Shown: positions 18,534 through 27,637 of the stretch, one piece after another
How positions within the stretch are numbered: the first letter of the stretch is position 1
Layout: each line of letters starts with the position of its first letter
Position numbers and translations under genes: made by a program
Assembly: GCA_963720315.1 (NCBI GenBank)
Contig: CAVRFC010000002.1
Location: forward strand, 22,252 to 86,251
Length of the DNA: 64,000 nucleotides
Direction of reading: 5' to 3'
Source of the DNA: an uncultured Chloroflexia bacterium
GTDB taxonomy: Bacteria; Chloroflexota; Limnocylindria; Limnocylindrales; CSP1-4
Notes under the pieces: model-generated
What the model saw: only the letters and a program-made list of their open reading frames with translations
The model's database searches: none
What the model was told of the DNA's origin: nothing

Positions 18534-19736
18534 TCAGCCCCGTTTGCGCTCCAGGTCGAGGAACGGGAGCGCGACGACGGTCCCGGCGACGCGGCCACGG
18601 CGTCCCTCGACCGTCCACTCGACGTCGACGCGGGAACCCAGCGGTTCGTGGGACGGCGGGACGGACGCGAGGGCGATCGCCTGCTTGAGGATCGGGCTCC
18701 AGCCGACGCTCGTGGCGCGACCGACCTGACGTCCGCCGACGAGGACCGGACGCGGCGACCGATCCACGACCGGCGAGATCGCCGGCGGCAGACCCTGGGC
18801 GCTGAACAGGCCCTCGATGTCGTACCAGTCGAGCTCCAGACCGACAAGCCGCCGCCTCGGACCGCCGTTCCGCCGCTCGCGCTCGAGCGCGAGCCGCCCG
18901 ACGAAATCGGCCTTGTCGAAGCTGACGAGCCGCCCGAGGCCGATCTCGCCCGGGCTGTAGTTCTGGTCCGGGTTCATCGCATGGCGGGCCGACGTGTAGT
19001 CGACCTCCAGAAGAATGAGTCCCGCCTCGAGCCGGACGACGTCGAGGGCGAGCATCCCGGCCGGCCGGATCCCGTAGTCGCTGCCGGCGTTCATGAGCGA
19101 TTCCCAGAGCGCGACCGCGTGCTCCGCCGGCACCCAGAGTTCATACCCGAGATCGCCCGTGTAGCCGGTCCGCGAGACGTCGATCGCCACCTTCCTGCGG
19201 CCGGCCTTGAACGTGGCGGCGCGGCGACGGAAGTAGCGCAGGTCGCCGAACGATCCGCCGGTGGCCGCCTCGAGCACCTCCCGCGAGAGAGGACCCTGGA
19301 TTGCGAGTGCCGCGATCTCCTCGGAGACGTCGTCGACCGTCACATCGAGGCCGGCGGAGTTCTGCCGGAGCCAGCGGAGCTGCGGGTCCGCCGCCGTCCA
19401 GCGGAACGTGCCGTCGTCGAGGTGGTGGACCGTTCCGTCGTCGATCACCTTGCCGTGCTCGTCGCACCACGGCGTGTAGTAGACCTGACCTTGCTTCAGC
19501 TTCGTCGCGTCGCGGGTGATGACCCGGTCGACGAGACGACGCGCATCCGGGCCGCCAACGCTGTACTTGTAAAGCGGGCTGACGTCGATCAGCGCGGCCG
19601 CCTCCCGGATCGCGTTGTACTCGATGTCGTGGGCGTCGGCGTAGACCGACGACGCGTAGTAGCCGCTCCACTCCCGCCATTGCTGCTTGCGGTTGAGCGG
19701 AGCCGTCGCGGGATGAAACGCAGTACCGACGCTCAC
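18534..19736 (-). CDS. Aminomethyltransferase-family (GcvT-like, folate-binding) protein
   Basis: 400 aa. EYNAIREAAALIDVSPLYKYSVGGPDA...VYYTPWCDEHGKVIDDGTV is typical of GcvT/DmdA/sarcosine-oxidase-type aminomethyltransferases. GGGAGG precedes the GTG start. Confidence 0.8.
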   Translation of the reverse strand: MSVGTAFHPATAPLNRKQQWREWSGYYASSVYADAHDIEYNAIREAAALIDVSPLYKYSVGGPDARRLVDRVITRDATKLKQGQVYYTPWCDEHGKVIDDGTVHHLDDGTFRWTAADPQLRWLRQNSAGLDVTVDDVSEEIAALAIQGPLSREVLEAATGGSFGDLRYFRRRAATFKAGRRKVAIDVSRTGYTGDLGYELWVPAEHAVALWESLMNAGSDYGIRPAGMLALDVVRLEAGLILLEVDYTSARHAMNPDQNYSPGEIGLGRLVSFDKADFVGRLALERERRNGGPRRRLVGLELDWYDIEGLFSAQGLPPAISPVVDRSPRPVLVGGRQVGRATSVGWSPILKQAIALASVPPSHEPLGSRVDVEWTVEGRRGRVAGTVVALPFLDLERKRG

Positions 19737-19986
19737 GTGTTCAGGAACCTCCCGAGGCTGGCGTGGCGAACCGCCAGTATGCAGGAATCTATGCAGTGTG
19801 GATGGTCCTTACGGGTCCGCGTCGCTGCGATCGCGCCAGGCTAATCGTCTGCCCCCGATCGATGCCGTTGGTCGCATCACTTGGCGTCGGGGATGCACCC
19901 GCGAATATGCAACCAACGGCATCGCGGACGGACCGAATTGATTCTGGTGGCTACGGGCGAAGAAGGAGGAAGGCAGCTCGACCAGC

Positions 19987-21439
19987 TTAGCCGGGGGCCG
20001 CGCGCGCAACCTGCGACTCCGCGACGGTGCGGGCGCAACGAAGGATCGCCTCGATCGAGATGTCGGCGTCGCTTTCGGTCGTGCTCCAGTTCGACACGGA
20101 GATCCGCATCGCGGCCATGCCGTGCCACGTGGTCCCGCCCAGCCAGCACGTCCCGTCAGCCTGGACGGCCGCGATGACGGCGCGGGTGAAGGCGTCGGTG
20201 GCCGCAGCGTCGCCGCCGGCGGAGCCCCGCGGCTCGAACCGGACGAGGACCTGGTTGAGGACGACGTCGTTGAGGATCGTGACGCCCTCGGTGCCGCGCA
20301 GCCCATCGGCCATCCGGCGGGCGAGCGAGCAGGAGCGCTCGAGGAGGTCGGCGAGGCCCGTCCGTCCCAGGGATCGCAGGGCGGCGTAGACGGCGAACCC
20401 TCGGGCGCGGCGCGACGACTCCGGCACCCAGTTGTACGGGTCGCGCTCGCCGCCCTCGGTCTCGACGTAGTACGCGGCACCCAGCGTCATCGCCGCATGG
20501 TGCGCAGCCGCGTCCCGGACGACGACGATCCCCGAGTCGTACGGCACGTTGAGCCACTTGTGGGCGTCGGTCGTCCACGAGTCGGCACCGTCCAGGCCGG
20601 CGATCCGGTCGCGGAGCCCGGGCGCCGCTGCTGCCCAGAGCCCGAAGGCGCCGTCGACGTGAAGCCAGGCGTTCGGTCGCTCGCGCACGGCGGCGACGAT
20701 CTCCGGCAGCGGATCGAAGGCGCCGGTGTTCACGTTGCCGGCCTGGGCGCAGACGATTGTCGGGCCGTCGAGGCGTGCCAGCGTCTCGCGCAACGCGTCC
20801 GGGCGCATCCGGCCCTGCTCGTCGGCCGGGATGCGGTGGACCCGCGCCCGCCCGAGGCCGAGCATCTGGAGCGAGACGAAGATCGTGACGTGGGCTTCGT
20901 CGCCGACGACGACCGCGATCGGCGGCGCGCCGATGAGTCCGTCCTCCTCGTGGTTCCAGCCAGCCGCCTCGAGGACACGATGGCGAGCCGCGGCGATCGC
21001 GGTGAAGTTCGCCATCGTCGCCCCGGTCACGAATCCCGACGCTCGATCCCGCCGGCAGCCCGAACAGTTCGATGAGCCAGCTCGCCGCGACCTCCTCGAC
21101 GACGGACGCCGCCGGGGACAGCGCATACAGCCCGGCGTTCTGGTCCCAGGCGCTCGTCAGCCAGTCGGCGGCCAGCGCGGCAGGGACGCCGCCTCCGACA
21201 ACGAACCCGAAAAAGCGGGGCCCGGCCGAAGCGACGATTCCAGGGTCGGCAGCGACCGCGAGGTTGCCGACGACCTCGCCCGACGTCTCAGCCTGCTCGG
21301 GTAATGGGCCTCCGAGGCTGGCCCGCAGCTCCTCGAGCGAGCCGGTTGCGCGAACAGGTCGCTGTCCGACGCCGTCGAGGAAGTCGGCTGCGATGTCCGC
21401 GGTTTGCCGCAGGAGAGCCCGTCGATCCTTCACGTTCAT
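19987..21439 (-). pseudogene. Group II PLP-dependent decarboxylase family protein, one frameshift near 21033
   Basis: N-terminal part (in track ORF 20156..21439) ...AASWLIELFGLPAGSSVG joins FVTGATMANFTAIAAARH... (ORF 19987..21126). PLP-lysine motif TTDAHKWLNVPYDSG. Confidence 0.75.
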
Positions 21440-21463
21440 CCGCTAACGATGCCACGACTGCCA

Positions 21464-22147
21464 CTAGTCCGAGCGGGCTGACGCGAACACCTGCTCGGAC
21501 ACGGTGGCGACCGTCCAGTCGATCCAGTCGTCGTGGGACCAGCCGAAGTCCTGAACGAGGATGCGATAGACCTCGCCGACGTACAACAACAGCAGCTCGG
21601 TCGCGCGTTCCGGGGAGACACCATCGCGAAGGGCGAACTTCGCGCGGAGGATCTCGAGCATCGAGCGGTATCCCTCCGCTCGCCATCGCTCGTGGAATGC
21701 GCGGATTCGCGCCGCATCGGGGTCGCTCACCGCGCTTGCGCGGACGACGGTGTCGAGAGGCATGGCCCGGGCGAGGATTGCGCCGATCCCGGCCACCATG
21801 TGCCGAAGGGCGTCAGCCAGCTCCGGCTCGGCCGTCATCTGCGCATACCAGGGCTGCATCTCGGGTGGCAGAGGTTCGTCCTCCCCGAGTACCGCGAAGT
21901 CGTACGTGCGACTGAGCAGCTCGCCCTTCGTGTGAAACACGAAGTAGACCGTCTGCACCGCGACTCCGGCGGCGTCCGCGACGTCGGCCATCGTCGTACC
22001 GGAATAGCCTCGCTCGCAGAAGAGGGTGTAGGCGGCCTTTGTGATCCGCAGTCGCGTGGCCCGCGCCCGCTCACTGCGGGTCGGCTTGTTGGCGATCGGT
22101 CCCTTGACAGTCGTCATCGGCACGAGCATATTACCGGAGTTAGTCAC
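21464..22147 (-). CDS. TetR-family transcriptional regulator
   Basis: HTH RITKAAYTLFCERGYSGTTMADVADAAGVAVQTVYFVFHTKGEL. The true start may be one of the internal ATGs (MLVPMTTV...), which would leave the operator fully intergenic. Confidence 0.85.
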   Translation of the reverse strand: MTNSGNMLVPMTTVKGPIANKPTRSERARATRLRITKAAYTLFCERGYSGTTMADVADAAGVAVQTVYFVFHTKGELLSRTYDFAVLGEDEPLPPEMQPWYAQMTAEPELADALRHMVAGIGAILARAMPLDTVVRASAVSDPDAARIRAFHERWRAEGYRSMLEILRAKFALRDGVSPERATELLLLYVGEVYRILVQDFGWSHDDWIDWTVATVSEQVFASARSD

Positions 22148-22166
22148 TAGTGTCAGTCACTAGTGA
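22142..22166. promoter_or_regulatory. Tandem palindromic operator (probable TetR binding site)
   Basis: AGTCACTAGTG occurs twice, at 22142..22152 and 22155..22165. Each copy contains the 8-bp palindrome CACTAGTG. The site lies between divergent tetR and the SRPBCC gene (ATG 22200, GAGGAG at 22185..22190). Confidence 0.5.
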
Positions 22167-22199
22167 TACGGTCCAGTCAAACCCGAGGAGCGTTGAACA

Positions 22200-22668
22200 A
22201 TGATCCGAGTGGAGAAGAGCGGAATCATCGAGCGGTCGGTCGAGGAAGTCTTTGCCTACATCGGGGACCAGACCAACGCGCCGGCGTGGCAATCAGGTGT
22301 CGTCGAGGTGAGACGAACGACCGAGGGCCCGATTGGCGTCGGAACGAAGCACACATTCGTCCGCATGTTCATGCGCCGTCGGTTGGAGGCGGACAACGAG
22401 TACATCGCCTTCGAACCAAACAGGCGAATCGCATTCAAGACGACGTCGGGTCCCGTTCCGTGTGGAAGCGTCGTACGTCTTCGAGGCGGTTGCCGAGGGC
22501 ACAAGGGTCACCTCGACGGTCGAGATGGACGCCTCGGGCTTCCTGAGCCTTGCGGAACCGCTGATCGCAGCCGGCCTGAGGCGGGAGATGAACGCAGCAA
22601 TCCGGGTCCTGAAGGACCTGCTGGAGAATCAGAAGGTCGCGATCGCGCCTCGCCCGGCAACGCCGTAG
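22200..22668 (+). pseudogene. SRPBCC (START/polyketide-cyclase-like) family protein, one frameshift near 22450
   Basis: MIRVEKSGIIERSVEEVFAYIGDQTNAPAWQSGV...RIAFKTTSGP continues in track ORF 22333..22668 as FRVEASYVFEAVAEGTRVTSTVEMD.... Confidence 0.65.
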
Positions 22669-22776
22669 CTCCTCGTCCGCCGCCGGGGCGCGGTCACAGC
22701 GCAGAACGCTCCAGCCCAGGGCGAAGGCCTCGGCTACCCTCTCCGACATCAACTGACTGTCGCTTGGGGAGGGTTC

Positions 22777-24372
22777 GTGGCCGAGCACTACGACGCGGTC
22801 ATCATCGGCGGTGGCCACAACGGTCTCGTAAGCGCGGCCTACCTCGCCAGGGCAGGGATGAAGACCCTCGTCCTCGAGCAGCGCCACGTCCTTGGTGGCG
22901 CCGCGGTCACCGAGGAGATCTTCCCGGGCTTCCGCTTCTCGGTCTTCTCGTACGTCGTGTCGTTGCTCCGCCCCGAGATCATTCGCGAGCTGCAGCTGCC
23001 CCGGCACGGGCTCGACATCCTGCCGCTGGACGGGACGTTCACTCCGCTTCACGACGATTATCTGTGGCGGGTGAACGACCACGGCCGAACGATCCGCGAG
23101 CTGCGGCGCTGGTCGAAGACCGACGCCGAGGCCTACGAGGAATACGGCCAGCTCATGGTCGAGATGGCCCGCTTCATCAAGCCGATCCTGGCGATCACCC
23201 CGCCCGATCTCACCTCGCTCGACCCGCGGCCACTCATGCCGCTCGCGGGGCTTGCCCGGACGTTCCAGCAGCTCCCCGAGCGCCAGCAGGCGGTGTTCGT
23301 TCAGCTCATGACGATGAGCGCGGCCGACTTCCTCGATCAATGGTTCGAAACTGATCCGCTCAAGGCGACGATGGCGGCGTCGGGGATCATCGGGACGTAC
23401 CAGGGCGTTCGATCGCCGGGCACCGCCTACGTCCTGCTCCACCACTACATGGGCGAGATCGACGGCGCATTCCGGGCGTGGGGCATCCCGAAAGGCGGGA
23501 CGGGCGGCGTGTCGAACGCGATCGCCTCTGCCGCGCGGGGGCTCGGTGCCGAGATCCGGACCGAAGCCCCAGTCGCCCGGATCATCGTCAAGAACGGCCG
23601 GGCGACCGGCGTGGCCCTCGAAAACGGCGAGGAGATCGAGGCCGGCGACGTCCTGTCGTCGGTGGACTCCCGCCGGACGTTCCTCGGCCTCGTTGAGCCC
23701 GGGACGCTCGACCCCGAATTCGAGGAAGACGTCCGCCGCTTCAAGTTCCGCGGCTCATCGGGCAAGGTCAACCTGGCGGTCGATCGGCTGCCCGACTTCA
23801 CCTGCCTGCCCGGCGAAGGCGAGCATCTCCGCGGCGCGATCTCCTTTTCGCCAAGCCTCGACGACATGGAGCGCGCCTACGACGACGCGAAGTACGGCCA
23901 GTTCTCGAAGAAGCCGTATATCGACATGATCATCCCGACCCTCGTCGATCCATCGATGGCGCCGCCCGGCAAGCACGTCATCAGCTGTTTCGTCCAGTAC
24001 GCGCCGTACAAGCTCGCGCCCGAGCTCGGGACCTGGGACGACCAGCGCGAGGCGTTCGGCGATGCCGTGATCGATCGGATCGCGGAGTTCGCCCCGAACA
24101 TCCGCGACATCATCCTTCACCGCAACGTCCAGACGCCGCTCGATATCGAGCGGACAACGGGCCTCAGCGAAGGCAACATCTTCCAGGGCGAGCTTTCCCT
24201 CGAACAGCTCTTCTTCAACCGCCCCGTGCCGGGCTACGCCCGCTTCCGGACCCCGATCCGCGACCTCTGGCTCTGCGGCTCGGCGACCCACCCGGGCGGC
24301 GGGATCATGGGCGCGAACGGCCGGATCGCCGCGATGGAGGTCCTCCGGGCCCGCGGCCGAAAGGCTGCCTGA
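22777..24372 (+). CDS. FAD-dependent oxidoreductase, phytoene-desaturase (CrtI)/COG1233-like family
   Basis: Dinucleotide-binding N-terminus YDAVIIGGGHNGLVSAAYLARAGMKTLVLE. 531 aa, intact. Confidence 0.8.
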   Translation: MAEHYDAVIIGGGHNGLVSAAYLARAGMKTLVLEQRHVLGGAAVTEEIFPGFRFSVFSYVVSLLRPEIIRELQLPRHGLDILPLDGTFTPLHDDYLWRVNDHGRTIRELRRWSKTDAEAYEEYGQLMVEMARFIKPILAITPPDLTSLDPRPLMPLAGLARTFQQLPERQQAVFVQLMTMSAADFLDQWFETDPLKATMAASGIIGTYQGVRSPGTAYVLLHHYMGEIDGAFRAWGIPKGGTGGVSNAIASAARGLGAEIRTEAPVARIIVKNGRATGVALENGEEIEAGDVLSSVDSRRTFLGLVEPGTLDPEFEEDVRRFKFRGSSGKVNLAVDRLPDFTCLPGEGEHLRGAISFSPSLDDMERAYDDAKYGQFSKKPYIDMIIPTLVDPSMAPPGKHVISCFVQYAPYKLAPELGTWDDQREAFGDAVIDRIAEFAPNIRDIILHRNVQTPLDIERTTGLSEGNIFQGELSLEQLFFNRPVPGYARFRTPIRDLWLCGSATHPGGGIMGANGRIAAMEVLRARGRKAA

Positions 24373-24375
24373 ACG

Positions 24376-25983
24376 ATGGCGAACGAGTACGACGTCGTCG
24401 TCATCGGCGGCGGGCACAACGCTCTCGTCACGGCCGCGTACCTCGCGAGGGCGGGCCGGCGGACACTCGTCCTCGAGCGGCGTGGGGCCGTCGGCGGCGC
24501 AGCCGAGACCGCGACGCTCGACGGCGCCCGGGTGCCGCGGCTGGCGCATACAGTCGGTCGGCTGCGGCCGTCGGTCGTCCGGGATCTCGACCTGCGCTCC
24601 CATGGCCTGCGGCTCGTCGCACCGGACGTCCGTCTGTTCGCTCCCCAGCCCGATGGCCGGGCGGTCACGCTCTGGGCGGACCAGGCACGGACTGTGGATG
24701 GGCTGCGCGGCTGGTCGGCGCGCGATGCCGATCGCTATTCGGACTTCGATCGGCTCGTCCGATCGCTGGGGCGGTTTCTCGGCGAGATCGCCGGCCAGAC
24801 ACCGCCCGACATCAAGTCGCCTGGCCTGGGTGATGCGCTCGCCGGTCTGAAGCTGGGTCGGACGTTCCGCGGCCTCGGCAAGCGGGATGCCCACACGATC
24901 CTGCGGGTCCTCCCGATGGCGATCGCGGACTTCGTCGCCGAGGCGTTCGAAACCGACGCCGTTCAGGCGGCGATCGCCTGGCGCGGGGTCCAGTACTGCT
25001 CGGTAGGGCCGTGGTCTGCCGGCACGACCGCGATCCTGCTCGGCGATTCCGCCGGCAATGACGGTGGAGCGGCCGGCCAGACAGTGTTCGCCGTGGGTGG
25101 CCCCGGCGCCCTCTCCAATGCGCTTGCGGCGGCGGCCCAGGCGGCGGGTGCGGAGATCCGCTGCGGCGCCGACGTCGCGGCGATCGCGTCCCAGGACGGC
25201 GCGGTGACCGGTGTCACGCTCGCCTCAGGCGAGGAGATCGCCGCTTCCACGGTCGTATCGGGGGTTGACCCGAAATCGACCCTGACCAGGCTGTGCGATC
25301 CCATCGCGATCGGGCCGTCGATGCTCTGGCGGGCCGGCAACTACCGGACGCCTGGCGTGGTGTCGAAGGTCAATCTCGTCCTCGGTGGATTGCCAAGCTT
25401 CACCGCGGCGGCGGGCGACGACGCAACGTTGCTCCGCGGCCGGATCGTCGTGGCGCCCGGGATCGACGCGATCGAGCGGGCATTCGATGCCTCGAAGTAC
25501 GGCCGGGTCTCCGAGTCGCCCGTCATGGAGGCGACGATCCCGTCCCTCGTCGACCCGTCGCTCGTCGACGACGCGCCAGCCGGGACGCACGTCATGAGCG
25601 TGATCGTCCAGTACACGCCGTACTCCCTGCGGGAGGGATCGTGGGACGATGTCGACCGGCGCGAGGCCCTCGGAGACGCGGTCGTCGCGACGTTCGATGC
25701 CCTCGCGCCCGGGTTCAGCGGGCTCGTCCGCGCTCGGGAGGTCCTGACCCCCCTCGATCTCGAGCGAGACTACGGCCTCACTGGCGGGCACCCGCTTCAC
25801 GGCGAGCCTGGGCTCGACCAGTTCTTCCTGTGGCGGCCGTTTCTCGGCCACGCCCGCTACCGCCTGCCGCTTGACGGCCTCTATCTCGCCGGTTCGGGCG
25901 CGCATCCGGGCGGGGGAGTGACCGGCCAGCCCGGCCAGAACGCGGCGCGCGAGATCCTCGCCGACCTCAAGCGCCGTCGCTGA
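24376..25983 (+). CDS. Second CrtI/COG1233-like FAD-dependent oxidoreductase (tandem paralogue)
   Basis: YDVVVIGGGHNALVTAAYLARAGRRTLVLE. Collinear similarity to the preceding gene. Starts 3 nt after its stop. Confidence 0.8.
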   Translation: MANEYDVVVIGGGHNALVTAAYLARAGRRTLVLERRGAVGGAAETATLDGARVPRLAHTVGRLRPSVVRDLDLRSHGLRLVAPDVRLFAPQPDGRAVTLWADQARTVDGLRGWSARDADRYSDFDRLVRSLGRFLGEIAGQTPPDIKSPGLGDALAGLKLGRTFRGLGKRDAHTILRVLPMAIADFVAEAFETDAVQAAIAWRGVQYCSVGPWSAGTTAILLGDSAGNDGGAAGQTVFAVGGPGALSNALAAAAQAAGAEIRCGADVAAIASQDGAVTGVTLASGEEIAASTVVSGVDPKSTLTRLCDPIAIGPSMLWRAGNYRTPGVVSKVNLVLGGLPSFTAAAGDDATLLRGRIVVAPGIDAIERAFDASKYGRVSESPVMEATIPSLVDPSLVDDAPAGTHVMSVIVQYTPYSLREGSWDDVDRREALGDAVVATFDALAPGFSGLVRAREVLTPLDLERDYGLTGGHPLHGEPGLDQFFLWRPFLGHARYRLPLDGLYLAGSGAHPGGGVTGQPGQNAAREILADLKRRR

Positions 25984-26077
25984 GCGCCGCCACGCGCGCG
26001 CCGGCATCGCGTTCGACCGCCGTGACGCGCCCTTTCGACGTGACCCGTAGCCGCCCCGCGTGGCTGTGCGCCAGGCC

Positions 26078-26515
26078 TCAGCGGCCGCCGCCAAGGATTC
26101 CGCCGAGGCCGCCACCAAGAATCCCGCCGAGCAGGTCGCCGATCTCGGCCTGGTTGTCTGCCGGGCCGCCCTGGGGAACCTGCCCGTCCGGCGTTAGTTG
26201 GTCGATGATCATCGGCAGGAAGGCCGCCAGGAGCGGCAGAAGCGTTTCCACCGACAGGCCCGTCTTCGCGGACAGCTGGCTCACGGTTTCGGGCCCAAGC
26301 GCCGCTCCGAGCTGCTCTGGCTCGACGGGCTGGTTGCTGCCGGTCGAGATCCACGAGTCGACGACGCCGCCCAGGCCGCCGGCCCGGAGGGATGACGTCA
26401 GGCCCTCGACGCCGCCCTTCGACGCGAAGACCTCTTGCACGCCGCTGATCAGGCGATTCGGATCGACTTGGGCTCCTTCGGCTCCAAGCCCGCCAATCAG
26501 GTTCGACAGATCCAT
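26078..26515 (-). CDS. YidB/DUF937-like protein
   Basis: 145 aa. ...GGLGGVVDSWISTGSNQPVEPEQLGAALGPETVSQLSAKTGLS...LPMIIDQLTPDGQVP with a Gly-rich tail, typical of DUF937. Confidence 0.55.
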   Translation of the reverse strand: MDLSNLIGGLGAEGAQVDPNRLISGVQEVFASKGGVEGLTSSLRAGGLGGVVDSWISTGSNQPVEPEQLGAALGPETVSQLSAKTGLSVETLLPLLAAFLPMIIDQLTPDGQVPQGGPADNQAEIGDLLGGILGGGLGGILGGGR

Positions 26516-26554
26516 CCCGTTCTCCTTTTGAGCGTCCGTGCCACGGCCTTCGAC

Positions 26555-27637
26555 TTACCGCCGCTCGACGGATTCCTCTTCGGCGAGCCGAGCCTCCTGG
26601 TCCACCTCCGCCAGCTGATCGTCGCCGGGCGGCTTCGTCGTCCCGCGTTTCGCGGGCGGCGCGTCCTTCGGGAGTTCCCATTCCCATGTCTTCAGGCGCC
26701 GTAGCAGGCGGCGACCGGTGAGATCGAGGTGAATCGGCGTGATCGAGATCTTGCGGTTGACGATCGCGTGGAAATCGGTCCCTTCGACTGCGAGGCCGGA
26801 GGGCGGTGGCCCGCCGATCCAGAAGTAGGGAATGCCGCGTGGATCGACGCGCTCGATCAACTGATCCTGGTAGACCCGGCGCCCGAGTCGGGTCACCTCG
26901 AACCCCTGGAATTCGCCCGGCGAGATGCCCGGCACGTTGACGTTGATCAGCTCGCCGCGCGACAGGCCATGCTCGAGGATGTTGCGGGCGACGGTCGCGG
27001 CGGCCATCGCTGCGAGCGTGAAGTCGGGATGCTCGTAGTACTCCTGCGAGATCGCGAAACCGGGGCAGTTGTTGATCACGGCCTCCATCGCCGCGCTCAC
27101 AGTCCCGGAGTAGGTGATGTCGTCGCCGAGGTTCGCGCCGTAATTGATCCCCGCGGCGACCAGGTCGAATCCGTGCCCGAAGAAGCCGAGGAATGCGATG
27201 CTGACCGCGTCGGTCGGGGAGCCGTCGACCGAGTAGGCCAGTGAGCCGTCGCCGAGCGTCCGCTCCCGGACGCGGAGCGGTCGCATGAGCGTCTTCTGGT
27301 GGCCGACCGCGCTCTGATTCGTGTCGGGCGCGACGACAGTGGTGTCGCCAATCTGCTCGAGCGCCTGCTTAAGAGCCAGCAGTCCCCGCGACTCGACGCC
27401 ATCGTCGTTCGTGATGAGGATCCTCGGCCGGGTCGACCAGTCGTGGAGGGGTTTGGCCATGGAGCGGAGGGCACGCGGCCCGCCCCGGGCCGTGCCGCCG
27501 GCGACCGGCTCGCCACGCTCCTTGTCGAGGTCACGCCGTTCGGTCCGGGCACGCTCCCGGGTCATGTCCGGCTGCTCCTCCGGCCGAGCGTCAGTTGGGT
27601 CGCTGCGGCGAGGCCGGCCGGCGTCCTCCTCGGTCAC
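26555..27637 (-). CDS. surE: 5'/3'-nucleotidase SurE with charged N- and C-terminal extensions
   Basis: ILITNDDGVESRGLLALKQAL (SurE NDDG motif). GTG 27637 overlaps the upstream transporter stop (GTGA). An alternative start is ATG 27460 (MAKPLHDW...). Confidence 0.8.
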   Translation of the reverse strand: MTEEDAGRPRRSDPTDARPEEQPDMTRERARTERRDLDKERGEPVAGGTARGGPRALRSMAKPLHDWSTRPRILITNDDGVESRGLLALKQALEQIGDTTVVAPDTNQSAVGHQKTLMRPLRVRERTLGDGSLAYSVDGSPTDAVSIAFLGFFGHGFDLVAAGINYGANLGDDITYSGTVSAAMEAVINNCPGFAISQEYYEHPDFTLAAMAAATVARNILEHGLSRGELINVNVPGISPGEFQGFEVTRLGRRVYQDQLIERVDPRGIPYFWIGGPPPSGLAVEGTDFHAIVNRKISITPIHLDLTGRRLLRRLKTWEWELPKDAPPAKRGTTKPPGDDQLAEVDQEARLAEEESVERR

